In this document: positions 1 to 9,567 of the stretch, one piece after another
Numbering within the stretch: position 1 is the first letter of the stretch
How the letters are laid out: each line of letters begins with the position of its first letter
NCBI GenBank assembly: GCA_051428125.1
Contig: JBPRGD010000097.1
Span: 8,164 to 72,163 of the forward strand
Reading direction: 5' to 3'
Length of the DNA: 64,000 bases
Source: Candidatus Wenzhouxiangella sp. M2_3B_020
GTDB lineage: Bacteria > Pseudomonadota > Gammaproteobacteria > Xanthomonadales > Wenzhouxiangellaceae
The notes under the pieces: generated by a model
Databases searched by the model: none
What the model was told of the DNA's origin: nothing
Seen by the model: the letters and a program-made list of their open reading frames with translations, nothing else
Translations under genes and position numbers: made by a program

Positions 1-1046
1 ATCTCGCCGATCTGCGTGGCCCGGTTCTCGTTGTTGCCCGGCACCTGCATGAGCTGCAGATAGTCGATCAGTATCATGCCGATGCCGTGCTCGCGCTTCA
101 TGCGTCGCGCTCGCGCGCGCAACTCCGTGGGGGAAAGCGCCGGGGTTTCGTCGATGAAGATATCGGCCTTCTTCAGCACGTTCATCGCCGACTGCAGGTT
201 GGCGTAGTCGGGCGCCTCCAGCTTGCCGGTGCGCAGCTTGTTCTGGTCGATACGTCCCCACGACGAGAACAGTCGCATCACCAGCTGCAGGTCCGACATT
301 TCCATCGAGAACACCGCGACCGGCGTCTTCGCCTTGATCGCGGCGCTGGCGGCGATGTTCATCGCGAAGCTGGTCTTGCCCATCGCCGGCCTGCCGGCCA
401 CGATGATCAGGTCGGTGGGCTGCAGGCCGGCGGTTCGCCGGTCGAGCTCGACGAAGCCGGACGGCACCCCGGTGATGTCGCCGGCGTTGTCCTGGAGCTC
501 GTTGAGCCGGTCCAGCGCACGGGACATGACGTCCTTGACGTGCTGGTAGCTGGAGCCGGCGCGCATGCCCTGCTCGGCGATGGCATACATCTTCTGCTCT
601 GCGACCTCGAGCAGTTCCTTGCTCGATATGCCGCTGGGCCGCAGCGCCGAATCGGCCACGTCGGTGCCGATCTCGATGAGCTGGCGAAGGATGGATTTCT
701 CGCGAACGATTTCGGCGTAGCCGAGAATGTTGGATGTCCCCGGCGTGTCGTTGGCGAGCATCGTCAGGTAGGCGCCGCCGTCGACGCGATCGAGCAGGTC
801 GTTGCGACCGAACCAGTCCGCCACCGTCACCGCGTCGCTGGGTTGGTGGTTGGCCTGGAGCTCGCCGATGGCGCGATAGATGAGGCGGTGGGTCTCGCGG
901 TAGAAGTCGCCCTCGCTCAGGCGGTCGGCGACCTTGTCCCAGGCGGTCTCCGACAGCATCAGCGCACCCAGCAGGCTCTGCTCCGCCTCGAGCGAGTTGG
1001 GCGGCTGGCGAACGGGGTTCAGGGGTGTGATGCGCGGCTCTGCCAC
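1..1046 (-). CDS. dnaB: Replicative DNA helicase DnaB (3' end runs off the window)
   Basis: Manual translation from GTG at 1046: MAEPRITPLNPVRQPPNSLEAEQSLLGALML..., Walker A AGRPAMGKT, FSMEM, IDYLQLM. Lies downstream of rplI as usual. Confidence 0.96.
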   Translation of the reverse strand, partial: MAEPRITPLNPVRQPPNSLEAEQSLLGALMLSETAWDKVADRLSEGDFYRETHRLIYRAIGELQANHQPSDAVTVADWFGRNDLLDRVDGGAYLTMLANDTPGTSNILGYAEIVREKSILRQLIEIGTDVADSALRPSGISSKELLEVAEQKMYAIAEQGMRAGSSYQHVKDVMSRALDRLNELQDNAGDITGVPSGFVELDRRTAGLQPTDLIIVAGRPAMGKTSFAMNIAASAAIKAKTPVAVFSMEMSDLQLVMRLFSSWGRIDQNKLRTGKLEAPDYANLQSAMNVLKKADIFIDETPALSPTELRARARRMKREHGIGMILIDYLQLMQVPGNNENRATQIGE

Positions 1047-1137
1047 GGGCGTCGATCAGCCTCCGGGTCGGTCATGCTAGGCGGACCGCGGTCCGCCGCT
1101 GCGACGGCTCCAGTGTAGCGTGCCGCCGCTAGAGTGT

Positions 1138-1166
1138 GCGCCGCGCCCGGCGGCCGGGCGCGGCGC
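1138..1166. terminator. GC-rich 13-bp hairpin between rplI and dnaB (possible terminator or stability element)
   Basis: gcgccgcgcccgg-cgg-ccgggcgcggcgc is a perfect inverted repeat just after the rplI stop. No clear U-tract. Confidence 0.45.
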
Positions 1167-1174
1167 CAACAGGG

Positions 1175-1630
1175 TCAGGCCTCTTCGCCGTGGACCTCGA
1201 TCCTGACTTCGGTCTGCACATCGGCGTGGAGAATCAGGCCGACGGTATATTCACCGGCTTCCCGGATCGGGCCCTCGGGCTGGTCGACCTCGGCCTTTTC
1301 GACCGGGTAACCCATCTCGGTGAGCTTGTCGGCGATCTCTCGGGCGCTGATCGAGCCGTAGAGCTTGCCTTCCGGCGAGACGTTGACGTGGAACGACACG
1401 GAGTCCAGCGAGTCGATGGCCTCTCGGCGCGCTTCGGCGGCGGACAGTTTCTCGTCGGCCTGGCGCTGCAATTCTTCGCGCTCGGCCTCGAACTTCTTCT
1501 TGTTTTCCTTCGTCGCCGGCACGGCCTTGCCGCGCGGCAGCAGGAAATTGCGGCCGTATCCCGGCTTGACGTTCACCGTATCGCCGAGGTCGCCCAGGTT
1601 GTGCACCTTTTCGAGCAAAATCAGTTCCAT
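1175..1630 (-). CDS. rplI: 50S ribosomal protein L9
   Basis: MELILLEKVHNLGDLGDTVNVKPGYGRNFLLPRGKA and GKLYGSI motifs; rpsF-rpsR-rplI context. Confidence 0.98.
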   Translation of the reverse strand: MELILLEKVHNLGDLGDTVNVKPGYGRNFLLPRGKAVPATKENKKKFEAEREELQRQADEKLSAAEARREAIDSLDSVSFHVNVSPEGKLYGSISAREIADKLTEMGYPVEKAEVDQPEGPIREAGEYTVGLILHADVQTEVRIEVHGEEA

Positions 1631-1638
1631 GGTCGACC

Positions 1639-1863
1639 TCAGTGGTTGTCGGTGTACGGCAGCAGCGCCAGGTAGCGCGCGCGCTTGACCGCGGTGGAAA
1701 GCTGGCGCTGGTAGCGCGCTTTCGTCCCGGTAATGCGGCTGGGGATGATCTTGCCGGTTTCACCGACGAAATCCTTTAGCAGGTCGACGTCCTTGTAATC
1801 GACCTCGGTGATGCCTTCGGCCGTGAAACGGCAGTACTTGCGGCGTCTGAAAAACTTGGCCAT
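1639..1863 (-). CDS. rpsR: 30S ribosomal protein S18
   Basis: [25 protein letters not shown]...[34 protein letters not shown]; ATG at 1863. Confidence 0.98.
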   Translation of the reverse strand: MAKFFRRRKYCRFTAEGITEVDYKDVDLLKDFVGETGKIIPSRITGTKARYQRQLSTAVKRARYLALLPYTDNH

Positions 1864-1868
1864 GGTTC

Positions 1869-2333
1869 TCAAGCCTCCTCGGATGCGGTTTCGGATTCGC
1901 TGTCGGACGACTGCGCTTCCTTGTCCTTGTCTTGACCCTCGCCGTCCTCGCTCTTGGCGCTTCCCGAGTCCTCGCTCGGGCGGCTGCGGCGGGATTCGCG
2001 CTCGTCCTTCTCTTCCTTGCGCTTGAGCATGATGGAAGGCTCGGTGACCGCTTCGCTGCGCCGGACCGTCAGGTGGCGCAGGATCGCGTCGTTGAACCGG
2101 AAGATGCTCTCCAGCTCCTCGAGCGTTTCGGCGTCGCACTCGATGTTCAGCAGCAGGTAGTGCGCCTTGTGCAGCTTGGCGATGGTGTAGGCCAGCTGCA
2201 GTCGGCCCCAGTCCTCCGAGCGGTGGACGGTGCCGCCCTTGGACTCGACCAGCGACCTGTAGCGGTCGAGCATGCCCGGAACCTGCTCGCTCTGGTCAGG
2301 GTGGACCAGAAACACGATCTCGTAGTGTCTCAA
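1869..2333 (-). CDS. rpsF: 30S ribosomal protein S6 (TTG start, long acidic C-terminal tail)
   Basis: [21 protein letters not shown]...[20 protein letters not shown]; AAGGAG Shine-Dalgarno upstream of TTG at 2333. Confidence 0.97.
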   Translation of the reverse strand: MRHYEIVFLVHPDQSEQVPGMLDRYRSLVESKGGTVHRSEDWGRLQLAYTIAKLHKAHYLLLNIECDAETLEELESIFRFNDAILRHLTVRRSEAVTEPSIMLKRKEEKDERESRRSRPSEDSGSAKSEDGEGQDKDKEAQSSDSESETASEEA

Positions 2334-2445
2334 CTCTTCTCTCTCCTTCTGGATTGACCGGGCACGTAGGCGCCCCCGGAAAAGCCCCCGGTCGGCCTCG
2401 CGAAAGCAAGCGCCGCCGTGGAGCAAGGCCCGTCGAAACGGGTAG
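2334..2445 (-). promoter_or_regulatory. S6:S18 ribosomal-protein autoregulatory leader RNA
   Basis: The 5'UTR reads CCUUGCUCCACGG...GACCGGG/CCCGGUC stem...AAUCCAGAAGGAG. CCUU can pair with the SD, as in the known rpsF leader. Confidence 0.7.
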
Positions 2446-2451
2446 CCCCTA

Positions 2452-2481
2452 AGTATAGCAATGCTCGACGATCGTACGCAA
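2452..2481 (-). promoter_or_regulatory. Sigma70 promoter of the rpsF-rpsR-rplI operon
   Basis: Minus strand TTGCGT-N18-TATACT with TGn extended -10. Confidence 0.7.
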
Positions 2482-2495
2482 TACGGTCCGACGAC

Positions 2496-3386
2496 TTACG
2501 GACGCGACGCCGGTCCGTAGCGCAACCTCAGGCCGACCTGCACCCGGGGCAGTGCCACGCCGATGCGCGTGGCCTCCGGGTCGGCCCAGGACTGCGCCAC
2601 CAGTTCGCCTGACGCCTGGTCGAAGACCCGCAGACGCAGCACCGGCGGCTCTCCGGCGCGCACCTGGTGCGGGGCCAGTTCCAGCGAAATGCCCAGCGGC
2701 ACTCCGGCCGCGTCGACCGGATCGCGGGCCACGCCGTCCGATTCGAGCTCGAAAGGCTCGGCGACCCGCCACGGCGCCCCGGCGGAATCCCGGATGCCGG
2801 CCCAGCCGGCGAACGGGCGAACGCGTCGAAGCTCGAGTACCCGGTCGGGTCCGATGCGCTCGCCGTCGGGACCGACGACGCGGTCGGCGATGACGAGACG
2901 GTGACCATCGTGTGCGATTTCCTTGATCAGCCCGCGGGTGCGCGTGCCGTCTCCGAAGCGGCAGGTCGCCGCGGCGGTCGTCGCAACGAACCCGTCATCG
3001 CGGAGCCGAACGGTCAAGGGGCAGGCGCCCATCGCCTCGCCCTTTTCGTTCAGCGGCGAAAAACGACCCTCCAGCCGCGTCGCGACGCGGGTGGGCTCGA
3101 GAACGAGCCCGAACCGGCGCGCGACGCCATCGCCGCTTCGCTGCATCATTCGCACCGGTACGCCGTCGACGTCGGCACGCCCGACTTCGGCGTGCAGCCT
3201 CACGGTCTCTGCGGCTACTGCGTCGCCATCGCGGAAACGGCCCGCGTAGCTCCCTACCAGCACGGCGGCGACGCGCTCGGCCGGTCCCAGGCCCGCCTCG
3301 GCGCCGCGCCGGTCGGGGCCGTTCGCGGCACACCCGGCAAGAGCCAGCAACGCGAATGTCCCGGCAGCAAACCGCGCGGAAATCAT
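2496..3386 (-). CDS. Hypothetical lipoprotein
   Basis: Signal peptide with lipobox LAG-C; 296 aa; follows the M23 peptidase on the same strand. Confidence 0.75.
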   Translation of the reverse strand: MISARFAAGTFALLALAGCAANGPDRRGAEAGLGPAERVAAVLVGSYAGRFRDGDAVAAETVRLHAEVGRADVDGVPVRMMQRSGDGVARRFGLVLEPTRVATRLEGRFSPLNEKGEAMGACPLTVRLRDDGFVATTAAATCRFGDGTRTRGLIKEIAHDGHRLVIADRVVGPDGERIGPDRVLELRRVRPFAGWAGIRDSAGAPWRVAEPFELESDGVARDPVDAAGVPLGISLELAPHQVRAGEPPVLRLRVFDQASGELVAQSWADPEATRIGVALPRVQVGLRLRYGPASRP

Positions 3387-3393
3387 CGGCGCG

Positions 3394-3427
3394 ACGATAC
3401 GGTCAGCGGGACGATACGGTCAGCGGG
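3394..3427. repeat. Perfect 17-bp tandem duplication (acgatacggtcagcggg x2)
   Basis: 3394-3410 and 3411-3427 are identical; the second copy spans the M23 gene stop codon. Confidence 0.9.
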
Positions 3428-4259
3428 ATGTACCCGAGGCATCCGGCATCTCGCCCATCAGAAGGCCCGGGTCGACCCGGGTATCCCCCAGGTTCATGCG
3501 CCAGTCCAGGTGCGCGCCGGTTACCCGTCCCGTCGCGCCGACGCGCGCGACGACCTCGCCCTGCTTCACGCGCTGACCAGGCTCGACGAGGATCTCGTCG
3601 AGGTGGAGGAAGGCCGAACTCAGTCCCAGCCCGTGATCGACCAACAGCGTGCCGCCCGAGAAATACATGTCGTCGTGCGCCAGCGTCACGATGCCGCCGG
3701 CGGGCGCGCGGACCGGCGTGCCGGTGGGCGCGGCGATGTCGATGCCCCAGTGCGGATTGCGCGGCTCGCCGTTGAGGATGCGCTGCGACCCGTAGACGCC
3801 GGTGATCGGACCGGTGACCGGCCAGACGAAGCCCGCTGCGAAGTCGGTGCGATCGTCGCGCAGAGCGCGGGCGTCGCGAACCAGGCTCGCCTCGGCGCGG
3901 ATCCGCTCCAGCGATTCGGGATCCGGCGTGACCTGCTTCGGCGGCAAGCCGTCGATGCGCTGGATTTCGAACGTGCGTTCGCGCGGCGCGAGTTCGCGTG
4001 CCCATCGCGTGCCGTCGGGCAATTCCGCGACCACCCGCTTCGGCTCGGTACGGTCACGCGAGAACGCGACCAGGAACGTCCCGTCGGAGGCCCGCGGCAC
4101 CGATTCGCCGTCCACGGTCACGCGCGCCTCCGGCGGTGCGTGTCCGATGATCAATCCGCCCTGCACCGCCTCACCTTCGAGAACCGGTTCCGCCGCACTC
4201 GCGCTGAATGCCGCGATGACGGCCAGGCCGGCGGTCCATTGCCAGATCCCGCTACGCAT
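3420..4259 (-). CDS. M23 family metallopeptidase, secreted
   Basis: HWGIDIA (HxxxD) and GRVTGAHLDW motifs; signal peptide MRSGIWQWTAGLAVIAAFSASA. Confidence 0.9.
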   Translation of the reverse strand: MRSGIWQWTAGLAVIAAFSASAAEPVLEGEAVQGGLIIGHAPPEARVTVDGESVPRASDGTFLVAFSRDRTEPKRVVAELPDGTRWARELAPRERTFEIQRIDGLPPKQVTPDPESLERIRAEASLVRDARALRDDRTDFAAGFVWPVTGPITGVYGSQRILNGEPRNPHWGIDIAAPTGTPVRAPAGGIVTLAHDDMYFSGGTLLVDHGLGLSSAFLHLDEILVEPGQRVKQGEVVARVGATGRVTGAHLDWRMNLGDTRVDPGLLMGEMPDASGTSR

Positions 4260-5865
4260 CGCCGCCTCGCCGGATGACGAGTTCCTGACCGGGCCGAAGC
4301 ACGCTGTCGGCACTCAGGTCGTTCCAGCGCATCAATTCGTCCAGCCCGACGCGGTGACGTCGCGAAATCAGCCACAGCGAATCACCCTGCCGAACGACGT
4401 AGCGGCCGGGCGATGTGCTGGGCGGTGCGACCTTGTTGTCGGTTTCGATGACCAGTCGCTGACCCGGCCGGATCAGCGTGCTCGGACCGAGCCCGTTCAT
4501 CTGCTGGACTTCATGCACGCTGACGCCGTAGCGGCGCGCGATCACCCAGAGACTTTCGCCGGACCGGACGCGATGAATGAAGCGATCGGTGGGCAGAAGC
4601 TGCTGCTGCAGCGCGGTGAACTCGCGATAGACGCGTGCGTATTCCGGGTCCCCTTCCGGTTCGCTGAGCTCGACGGCGCCGGGAAGCTTCAACGCCTGCC
4701 CGGCGATGAGCCGGTCGCCCGACAGTCCATTGACTTCGCGGAGCGCTTCCACAGTCGTGCGATGGCGTCGCGCGAGCACCGACAGCGAGTCGCCCCGTCG
4801 CACCTCGATGCGCTTGAAGTTCATTTGCGGCGCCTGCGGCAGGTCCGCGAGCGCGTCGGAGACACGCGCGGCGTTCTCGGCGGCGACGACGAGATAATCC
4901 GGACCGTCCGGCGGAAGCAGGTGCCGGTTCAGTCCGGCATTGAGCGTCACCAACTCGGCCGGGTCCAGTTCGGCATGGAGCGCGAGCTGCACGATGTCCA
5001 GCGGACCCTCGACCGGCACCGCCACGACTCGCGGCCGGTCTTCCATCGACGGCAGCACGAACGCATACCGGGCTGGCTCGCGGAACAGGCACCCCAGCCC
5101 CTTCAGCTTGGGCACGTATCCCAGCGTTTCGCGCGGTAGCCGAAGCTCGTTCCAGTCCGTGCCAAGCCCCCGCGCCGCGTTGCGGCGGATCGCGCGGCGC
5201 ACACGGCCCTGGCCGGCGTTGTAAGCGGCCAATGCGAGCGCCCAGTCGCCGTCGAACAGTTCGCCGAGGTAGACCAGGTAGTCCAGAGCGCCGGACGTCG
5301 CGGCGACGAAATCCCGGCGACCGTCGTACCAGTCGTCGATGCGTATGCCGAAGTCCCGGGCGGTCCCGCTGAGGAATTGCCACGGACCGGCGGCACGTCC
5401 GTGCGAATAGGCGAACGGATCGAAGGCGCTCTCGACGATGGGCAGCAACGCGAGTTCACCGGGCAGATCGCGCCGCTCGATCTCTTCGACGATGAGGTGC
5501 ATCCACGGCTGGGCGCGATTGAGCACGCGGTGCATGTAGTCCTCGTTCCCTGCATACCAGGCCGCCCACCGCGCAGCCGAACTGCCGTCGGGGCATTCGG
5601 CGATGCGGAATCGCTCGGTCAGTCGCGGCCAGATCTGCCCTGAACCCGGTTCGATCGGCTCGGCGGCGGGCCGCCGGGGCAGCGCCAGACGTGCAAACGC
5701 CTCGTCGATGGCCGCGAACGGGTCGGACGGCGACGGTTCCGGAACGTGAGGGGGAGCCGTCCGGGCCTCTGCCGGTGGATCCTGGGCGGGATGGATCGCG
5801 CAGCCCGCGCCCAGCAGCAGCGCGGTGGAAAGGCACAAGGAGGCGGTACGACGTGCGGGTGTCAT
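4252..5865 (-). CDS. mltD: Membrane-bound lytic murein transglycosylase D (SLT domain plus 3 LysM), lipoprotein
   Basis: Lipobox GAG-C; LPIVESAFDP, AAGPWQF, LAAYNAG, LPRETLGYVPKL; three VRxG(D/E)SL LysM repeats. Confidence 0.92.
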   Translation of the reverse strand: MTPARRTASLCLSTALLLGAGCAIHPAQDPPAEARTAPPHVPEPSPSDPFAAIDEAFARLALPRRPAAEPIEPGSGQIWPRLTERFRIAECPDGSSAARWAAWYAGNEDYMHRVLNRAQPWMHLIVEEIERRDLPGELALLPIVESAFDPFAYSHGRAAGPWQFLSGTARDFGIRIDDWYDGRRDFVAATSGALDYLVYLGELFDGDWALALAAYNAGQGRVRRAIRRNAARGLGTDWNELRLPRETLGYVPKLKGLGCLFREPARYAFVLPSMEDRPRVVAVPVEGPLDIVQLALHAELDPAELVTLNAGLNRHLLPPDGPDYLVVAAENAARVSDALADLPQAPQMNFKRIEVRRGDSLSVLARRHRTTVEALREVNGLSGDRLIAGQALKLPGAVELSEPEGDPEYARVYREFTALQQQLLPTDRFIHRVRSGESLWVIARRYGVSVHEVQQMNGLGPSTLIRPGQRLVIETDNKVAPPSTSPGRYVVRQGDSLWLISRRHRVGLDELMRWNDLSADSVLRPGQELVIRRGGDA

Positions 5866-6018
5866 CGGGATTCGGGTTGCTCTTGGCTACTTTTTGAAGA
5901 CGTCCGGCGAACGGGGCCGGCGCATGCAAGCTCCGGCCTCGACCGTTCCTCGCAGCCGGAGCGGCGAAGCGCCCGGAACGGGCATTACAATAGCATGGCA
6001 TTTTCGACAAGAGAATTC

Positions 6019-8208
6019 ATGACGTTGCGACCCGATCTCGACACCATCCTGGACCGCCTGGAAGAAGCCGGCCGACCGATGACGCGCAAGGAACTGTCCG
6101 ACGGGTTCGGGCTGGACCATGCCGAATCCGACCGCGTCGTCAAACCGTTGCTGCAGGAACTGATTCGCCAGGGCAAGGTGGTGCGCAACCGCCGCGCCGC
6201 CTACGGTCTGGCCCGGAACATGGACCTGGTGCGCGGGCGCATCAGCGCGCATCCCGACGGCTACGGGTTCGTCGTGCCCGACGAGGATGGCGACGACCTG
6301 TTCATCGCGCCCAAGCAGATGCGCCAGGTCTTTCACGGCGATCGGGTGCTGGCCGCGGTCAGCAACGTCGATCGGCGGGGTCGCAAGGAAGGCCAGATCG
6401 TCGAGGTCATCGAGCGCGCCCACCGACAGATCGTCGGTCGATTCGTCGCCGAGGGCGGAGTCGCCACGGTCGTACCCGACGACCCGAAACTCACGCACGA
6501 CGTGCTGATTCCCGACGCCTCGAAGTCGGACGCCAAGCCCGGCAAGATCGTGGTCGCGCGCATCACCAGGCCGCCGGCGGTCGATCGCGCGCCGCTGGGA
6601 GAAATCGTCGCCGTTCTCGGCCACGCCGACGAGCCGGGCATGGCCACGCAGATCGCGATCTTCAATCACCAGCTTCCGGCCGAGTTTCCCGACGCGGTGG
6701 AACGCGAGGCCGAAGCCTTCGGCGACGAGATCGACCCGGGGCTGACCGAGGGGAGGCTGGACCTGCGCGAGATGCCGCTGGTGACCATCGATGGCGCCGA
6801 CGCCCGCGACTTCGACGACGCCGTCTTCGCCGAGCCCGCCGGCGACGGTTATCGACTGATCGTCGCGATCGCCGACGTCGCCGAGTACGTCACGCCCGAC
6901 AGCGCGCTGGACGACGAAGCGCAGAAGCGCGGCACGTCAACGTACTTTCCCGACCGCGTCGTACCCATGCTCCCGGAAACCCTTTCGAACGGGCTGTGCT
7001 CGCTCAACCCGCGCGTCGATCGCCTGGTCATGGTCTGCGACATGAAGCTGGATGCCAGGGGCAAGGTCACGGGCAGCCGGTTTTCGGAGGGCGTGATGCG
7101 CTCGGCGGCACGGCTCACTTATGACCAGGTCCACCGCATGGTCGAGCACGGCGACACCGACCTCGCGGAGCGCTTCAGCCACGTCCGCGGCAACCTCGAC
7201 ACGCTTTACGACGTCTACCGGCTGCTGTCGAAGCGGCGGAAGCGACGCGGCGCGATCGACTTCGATTCCGACGAGGTGCAGTTCGTTTTCGATGCCGAGG
7301 GCCGGGTCGAGGCGCTCAACCGCCGCACCCGCCACGACGCGCATCGCCTGATCGAGGAGTGCATGATCGCGGCCAACGTCGAAGCGGCGAAAACGGCGCA
7401 GAAGAACGGCTTGCCGGTACTGTTCCGGGTCCACGACACCCCGCCGCCGGACAAGCTGGCCGAACTGGAAACGTTCCTTTCCGCGCACGGGTTGAAGGTC
7501 GACTGGAAGGAGGAGCCGGAGCCTGCCGACCTCAGCCGCATCCAGCAGAAAGCCCGCGGAAGCGCGATCGAACCGCTGGTCGACGCGGTGTTGCTGCGCA
7601 GCCTGGCGCTGGCCGTCTACCAGCCCGAAAACCGCGGCCATTTCGGCCTGGCGCTGGACGCCTACGCGCATTTCACGTCGCCGATCAGGCGCTATCCCGA
7701 CCTGTTGCTGCATCGGGCGCTCAAGCACAGCCTGCGCACGAGGCCCAGGAGCGAATATCCCTATTCCGGCAAGCGCATGACCGAGCTCGGCCGCGAATGC
7801 TCGTGGCTGGAGCGCCGTGCCGAGGAGGCCAGCCGGGAAGTCGACGAGCGGCTGAAATGCCAGTACATGCAGCGGCACGTCGGCGATGCGTTCGAAGGCG
7901 TCATCACCGGCGTGACCGGCTTCGGCGCCTTCGTCGAGATCCCGGAGATGGGCGTCAGCGGGCTCGTCCACATCACTTCGCTGCCGAACGATTACTACCA
8001 CTTCGACCCGGTCCGGCGGGTGCTCACCGGCGAACGCCGCGGCCTGCGCTTCAGGCTGGCCGACCCGATCGAGGTCGAGGTCATGGCCGTCAGCGTCGAC
8101 GAGCGCAAGATCGATTTCCGGATCGCCGGCGAAGGCGGCGACGGCGGCGCGAAGAAGCGCTCCCGCAAGCCGCGCGGCAAGCGGCGCGGCCGTCGGAACG
8201 ATTCGTGA
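6019..8208 (+). CDS. rnr: Ribonuclease R
   Basis: HPDGYGF, TIDGADARDFDDA, HFTSPIRRYPDL, S1 domain and basic tail; followed by rlmB. Confidence 0.97.
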   Translation: MTLRPDLDTILDRLEEAGRPMTRKELSDGFGLDHAESDRVVKPLLQELIRQGKVVRNRRAAYGLARNMDLVRGRISAHPDGYGFVVPDEDGDDLFIAPKQMRQVFHGDRVLAAVSNVDRRGRKEGQIVEVIERAHRQIVGRFVAEGGVATVVPDDPKLTHDVLIPDASKSDAKPGKIVVARITRPPAVDRAPLGEIVAVLGHADEPGMATQIAIFNHQLPAEFPDAVEREAEAFGDEIDPGLTEGRLDLREMPLVTIDGADARDFDDAVFAEPAGDGYRLIVAIADVAEYVTPDSALDDEAQKRGTSTYFPDRVVPMLPETLSNGLCSLNPRVDRLVMVCDMKLDARGKVTGSRFSEGVMRSAARLTYDQVHRMVEHGDTDLAERFSHVRGNLDTLYDVYRLLSKRRKRRGAIDFDSDEVQFVFDAEGRVEALNRRTRHDAHRLIEECMIAANVEAAKTAQKNGLPVLFRVHDTPPPDKLAELETFLSAHGLKVDWKEEPEPADLSRIQQKARGSAIEPLVDAVLLRSLALAVYQPENRGHFGLALDAYAHFTSPIRRYPDLLLHRALKHSLRTRPRSEYPYSGKRMTELGRECSWLERRAEEASREVDERLKCQYMQRHVGDAFEGVITGVTGFGAFVEIPEMGVSGLVHITSLPNDYYHFDPVRRVLTGERRGLRFRLADPIEVEVMAVSVDERKIDFRIAGEGGDGGAKKRSRKPRGKRRGRRNDS

Positions 8209-8942
8209 AGCGCGAGCGCGCGAGCGGCGTCAACGCGGTCGAGTCCGTCCTGAGCAACGCGGCCGAGCGCGTCATCCAGATCTGGATCGCGGGTCGCGGA
8301 AAGCGCCTCGACCGGCTGATCGAGCGTGCCCGCTCCGCCGGAATCGCCGTCCAGGCCACAAGCGAAGCGACGCTGTCCCGTCTTGCCGACGGCACCAACC
8401 ATCAGGGCGTCGTCGCCGAGCTTCGCGCGAGCGAGCCCGTGACCGAAACGGTGCTCGACGACCTCCTGGATCAGGCCGATCGGGATGCGCTCGTGCTCGT
8501 GCTCGACCAGGTGCAGGATCCGCACAATCTGGGTGCGTGCCTGCGTTCGGCGGCCGGTGCCGGGGCGACCGCTGTGGTCGTGCCACGCGACCGCGCCGCC
8601 GGGCTCACGCCCGCCGCCCGAAGGGCCGCGGCCGGCGCGGCCGAGATCTTGCCGCTGGTCGAGGTCGCCAACATCGCGCGCTGCATCGAGCGCATGCAGC
8701 GGGCCGGTGTGTGGTGCACCGGCCTCGCCGGCGAGGCGGACACCGCGTTGCAGCATGTCGACCTGACCGGCCCTACCGCCCTGGTGCTCGGCGGCGAGGA
8801 ACGTGGCCTGCGGCGCCTGACGCGCGAGCGATGCGACACGCTGGCACGTATCCCGATCAGCGAGGACATCGAAAGCCTCAACGTCTCGGTCGCTGCAGGC
8901 ATCGGGCTGTTCGAATCGCGTCGCCAGCGGAATGCCGAATGA
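8205..8942 (+). CDS. rlmB: 23S rRNA (Gm2251) 2'-O-methyltransferase RlmB
   Basis: LDQVQDPHNLGACLRSA, GGEERGLRRLT, ESLNVSVAAG (SPOUT motifs); GTG start overlaps the rnr stop. Confidence 0.95.
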   Translation: MKRERASGVNAVESVLSNAAERVIQIWIAGRGKRLDRLIERARSAGIAVQATSEATLSRLADGTNHQGVVAELRASEPVTETVLDDLLDQADRDALVLVLDQVQDPHNLGACLRSAAGAGATAVVVPRDRAAGLTPAARRAAAGAAEILPLVEVANIARCIERMQRAGVWCTGLAGEADTALQHVDLTGPTALVLGGEERGLRRLTRERCDTLARIPISEDIESLNVSVAAGIGLFESRRQRNAE

Positions 8943-9514
8943 ACGCCGCCGACCGCTTCATCATCGACCTCCCCGACTGGTGCCGCCGCATGACCGCGGA
9001 GCTGCCTTCGCGTCTGCCCGACGAGAACGCCCGGATGGAGCTGGCCATCGAACTCTCGCGCCGCAACGTCGAAGAGGGCACCGGCGGCCCGTTCGGCGCT
9101 GTCGTCAGTTCGATGGCCGACGGTCGACTGATCGCGGTGGGCGTCAACCGCGTCGAACCGGCGTGCTGCTCCTCCGCTCACGCCGAGGTCGTCGCCCTCA
9201 GCCTGGCGCAGTCGGCGCTTGGAACCTGGAACCTCGCCGACGCCCCCGGGGCGCCGATGGAGCTCGCGACGTCGTGCGAGCCCTGCGCGATGTGCCTGGG
9301 CGCGATCCCGTGGTCGGGCGTTGCGCAGGTCGCGTGCGGCGCCTCGAAGCGCGATGCCGAGATCACGGGGTTCGACGAAGGCGAGCGCAACGACGACTGG
9401 ACCGGCGTGCTCGCCCGACGCGGCATCGACGTGCGCACCGGTCTGCTGCGCGAGGAGGCCGCGGGCGTGCTCCACGCCTATCGCGAGTCCGGGGCGGCGA
9501 TCTACAACCCGTGA
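8939..9514 (+). CDS. Zinc-dependent nucleoside/nucleobase deaminase (CDA superfamily)
   Basis: GGPFGAVV, AHAEV, CEPCAMC. Confidence 0.9.
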   Translation: MNAADRFIIDLPDWCRRMTAELPSRLPDENARMELAIELSRRNVEEGTGGPFGAVVSSMADGRLIAVGVNRVEPACCSSAHAEVVALSLAQSALGTWNLADAPGAPMELATSCEPCAMCLGAIPWSGVAQVACGASKRDAEITGFDEGERNDDWTGVLARRGIDVRTGLLREEAAGVLHAYRESGAAIYNP

Positions 9515-9567
9515 GCGCGAACGGGTGCATCGGCGACGGCTTCACACCCCTCGTCGAAGATGCCCGA

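Noticed and set aside
5866-6018. tRNA-Leu often found upstream of rnr
   Set aside because: No tRNA structure is visible in this gap.
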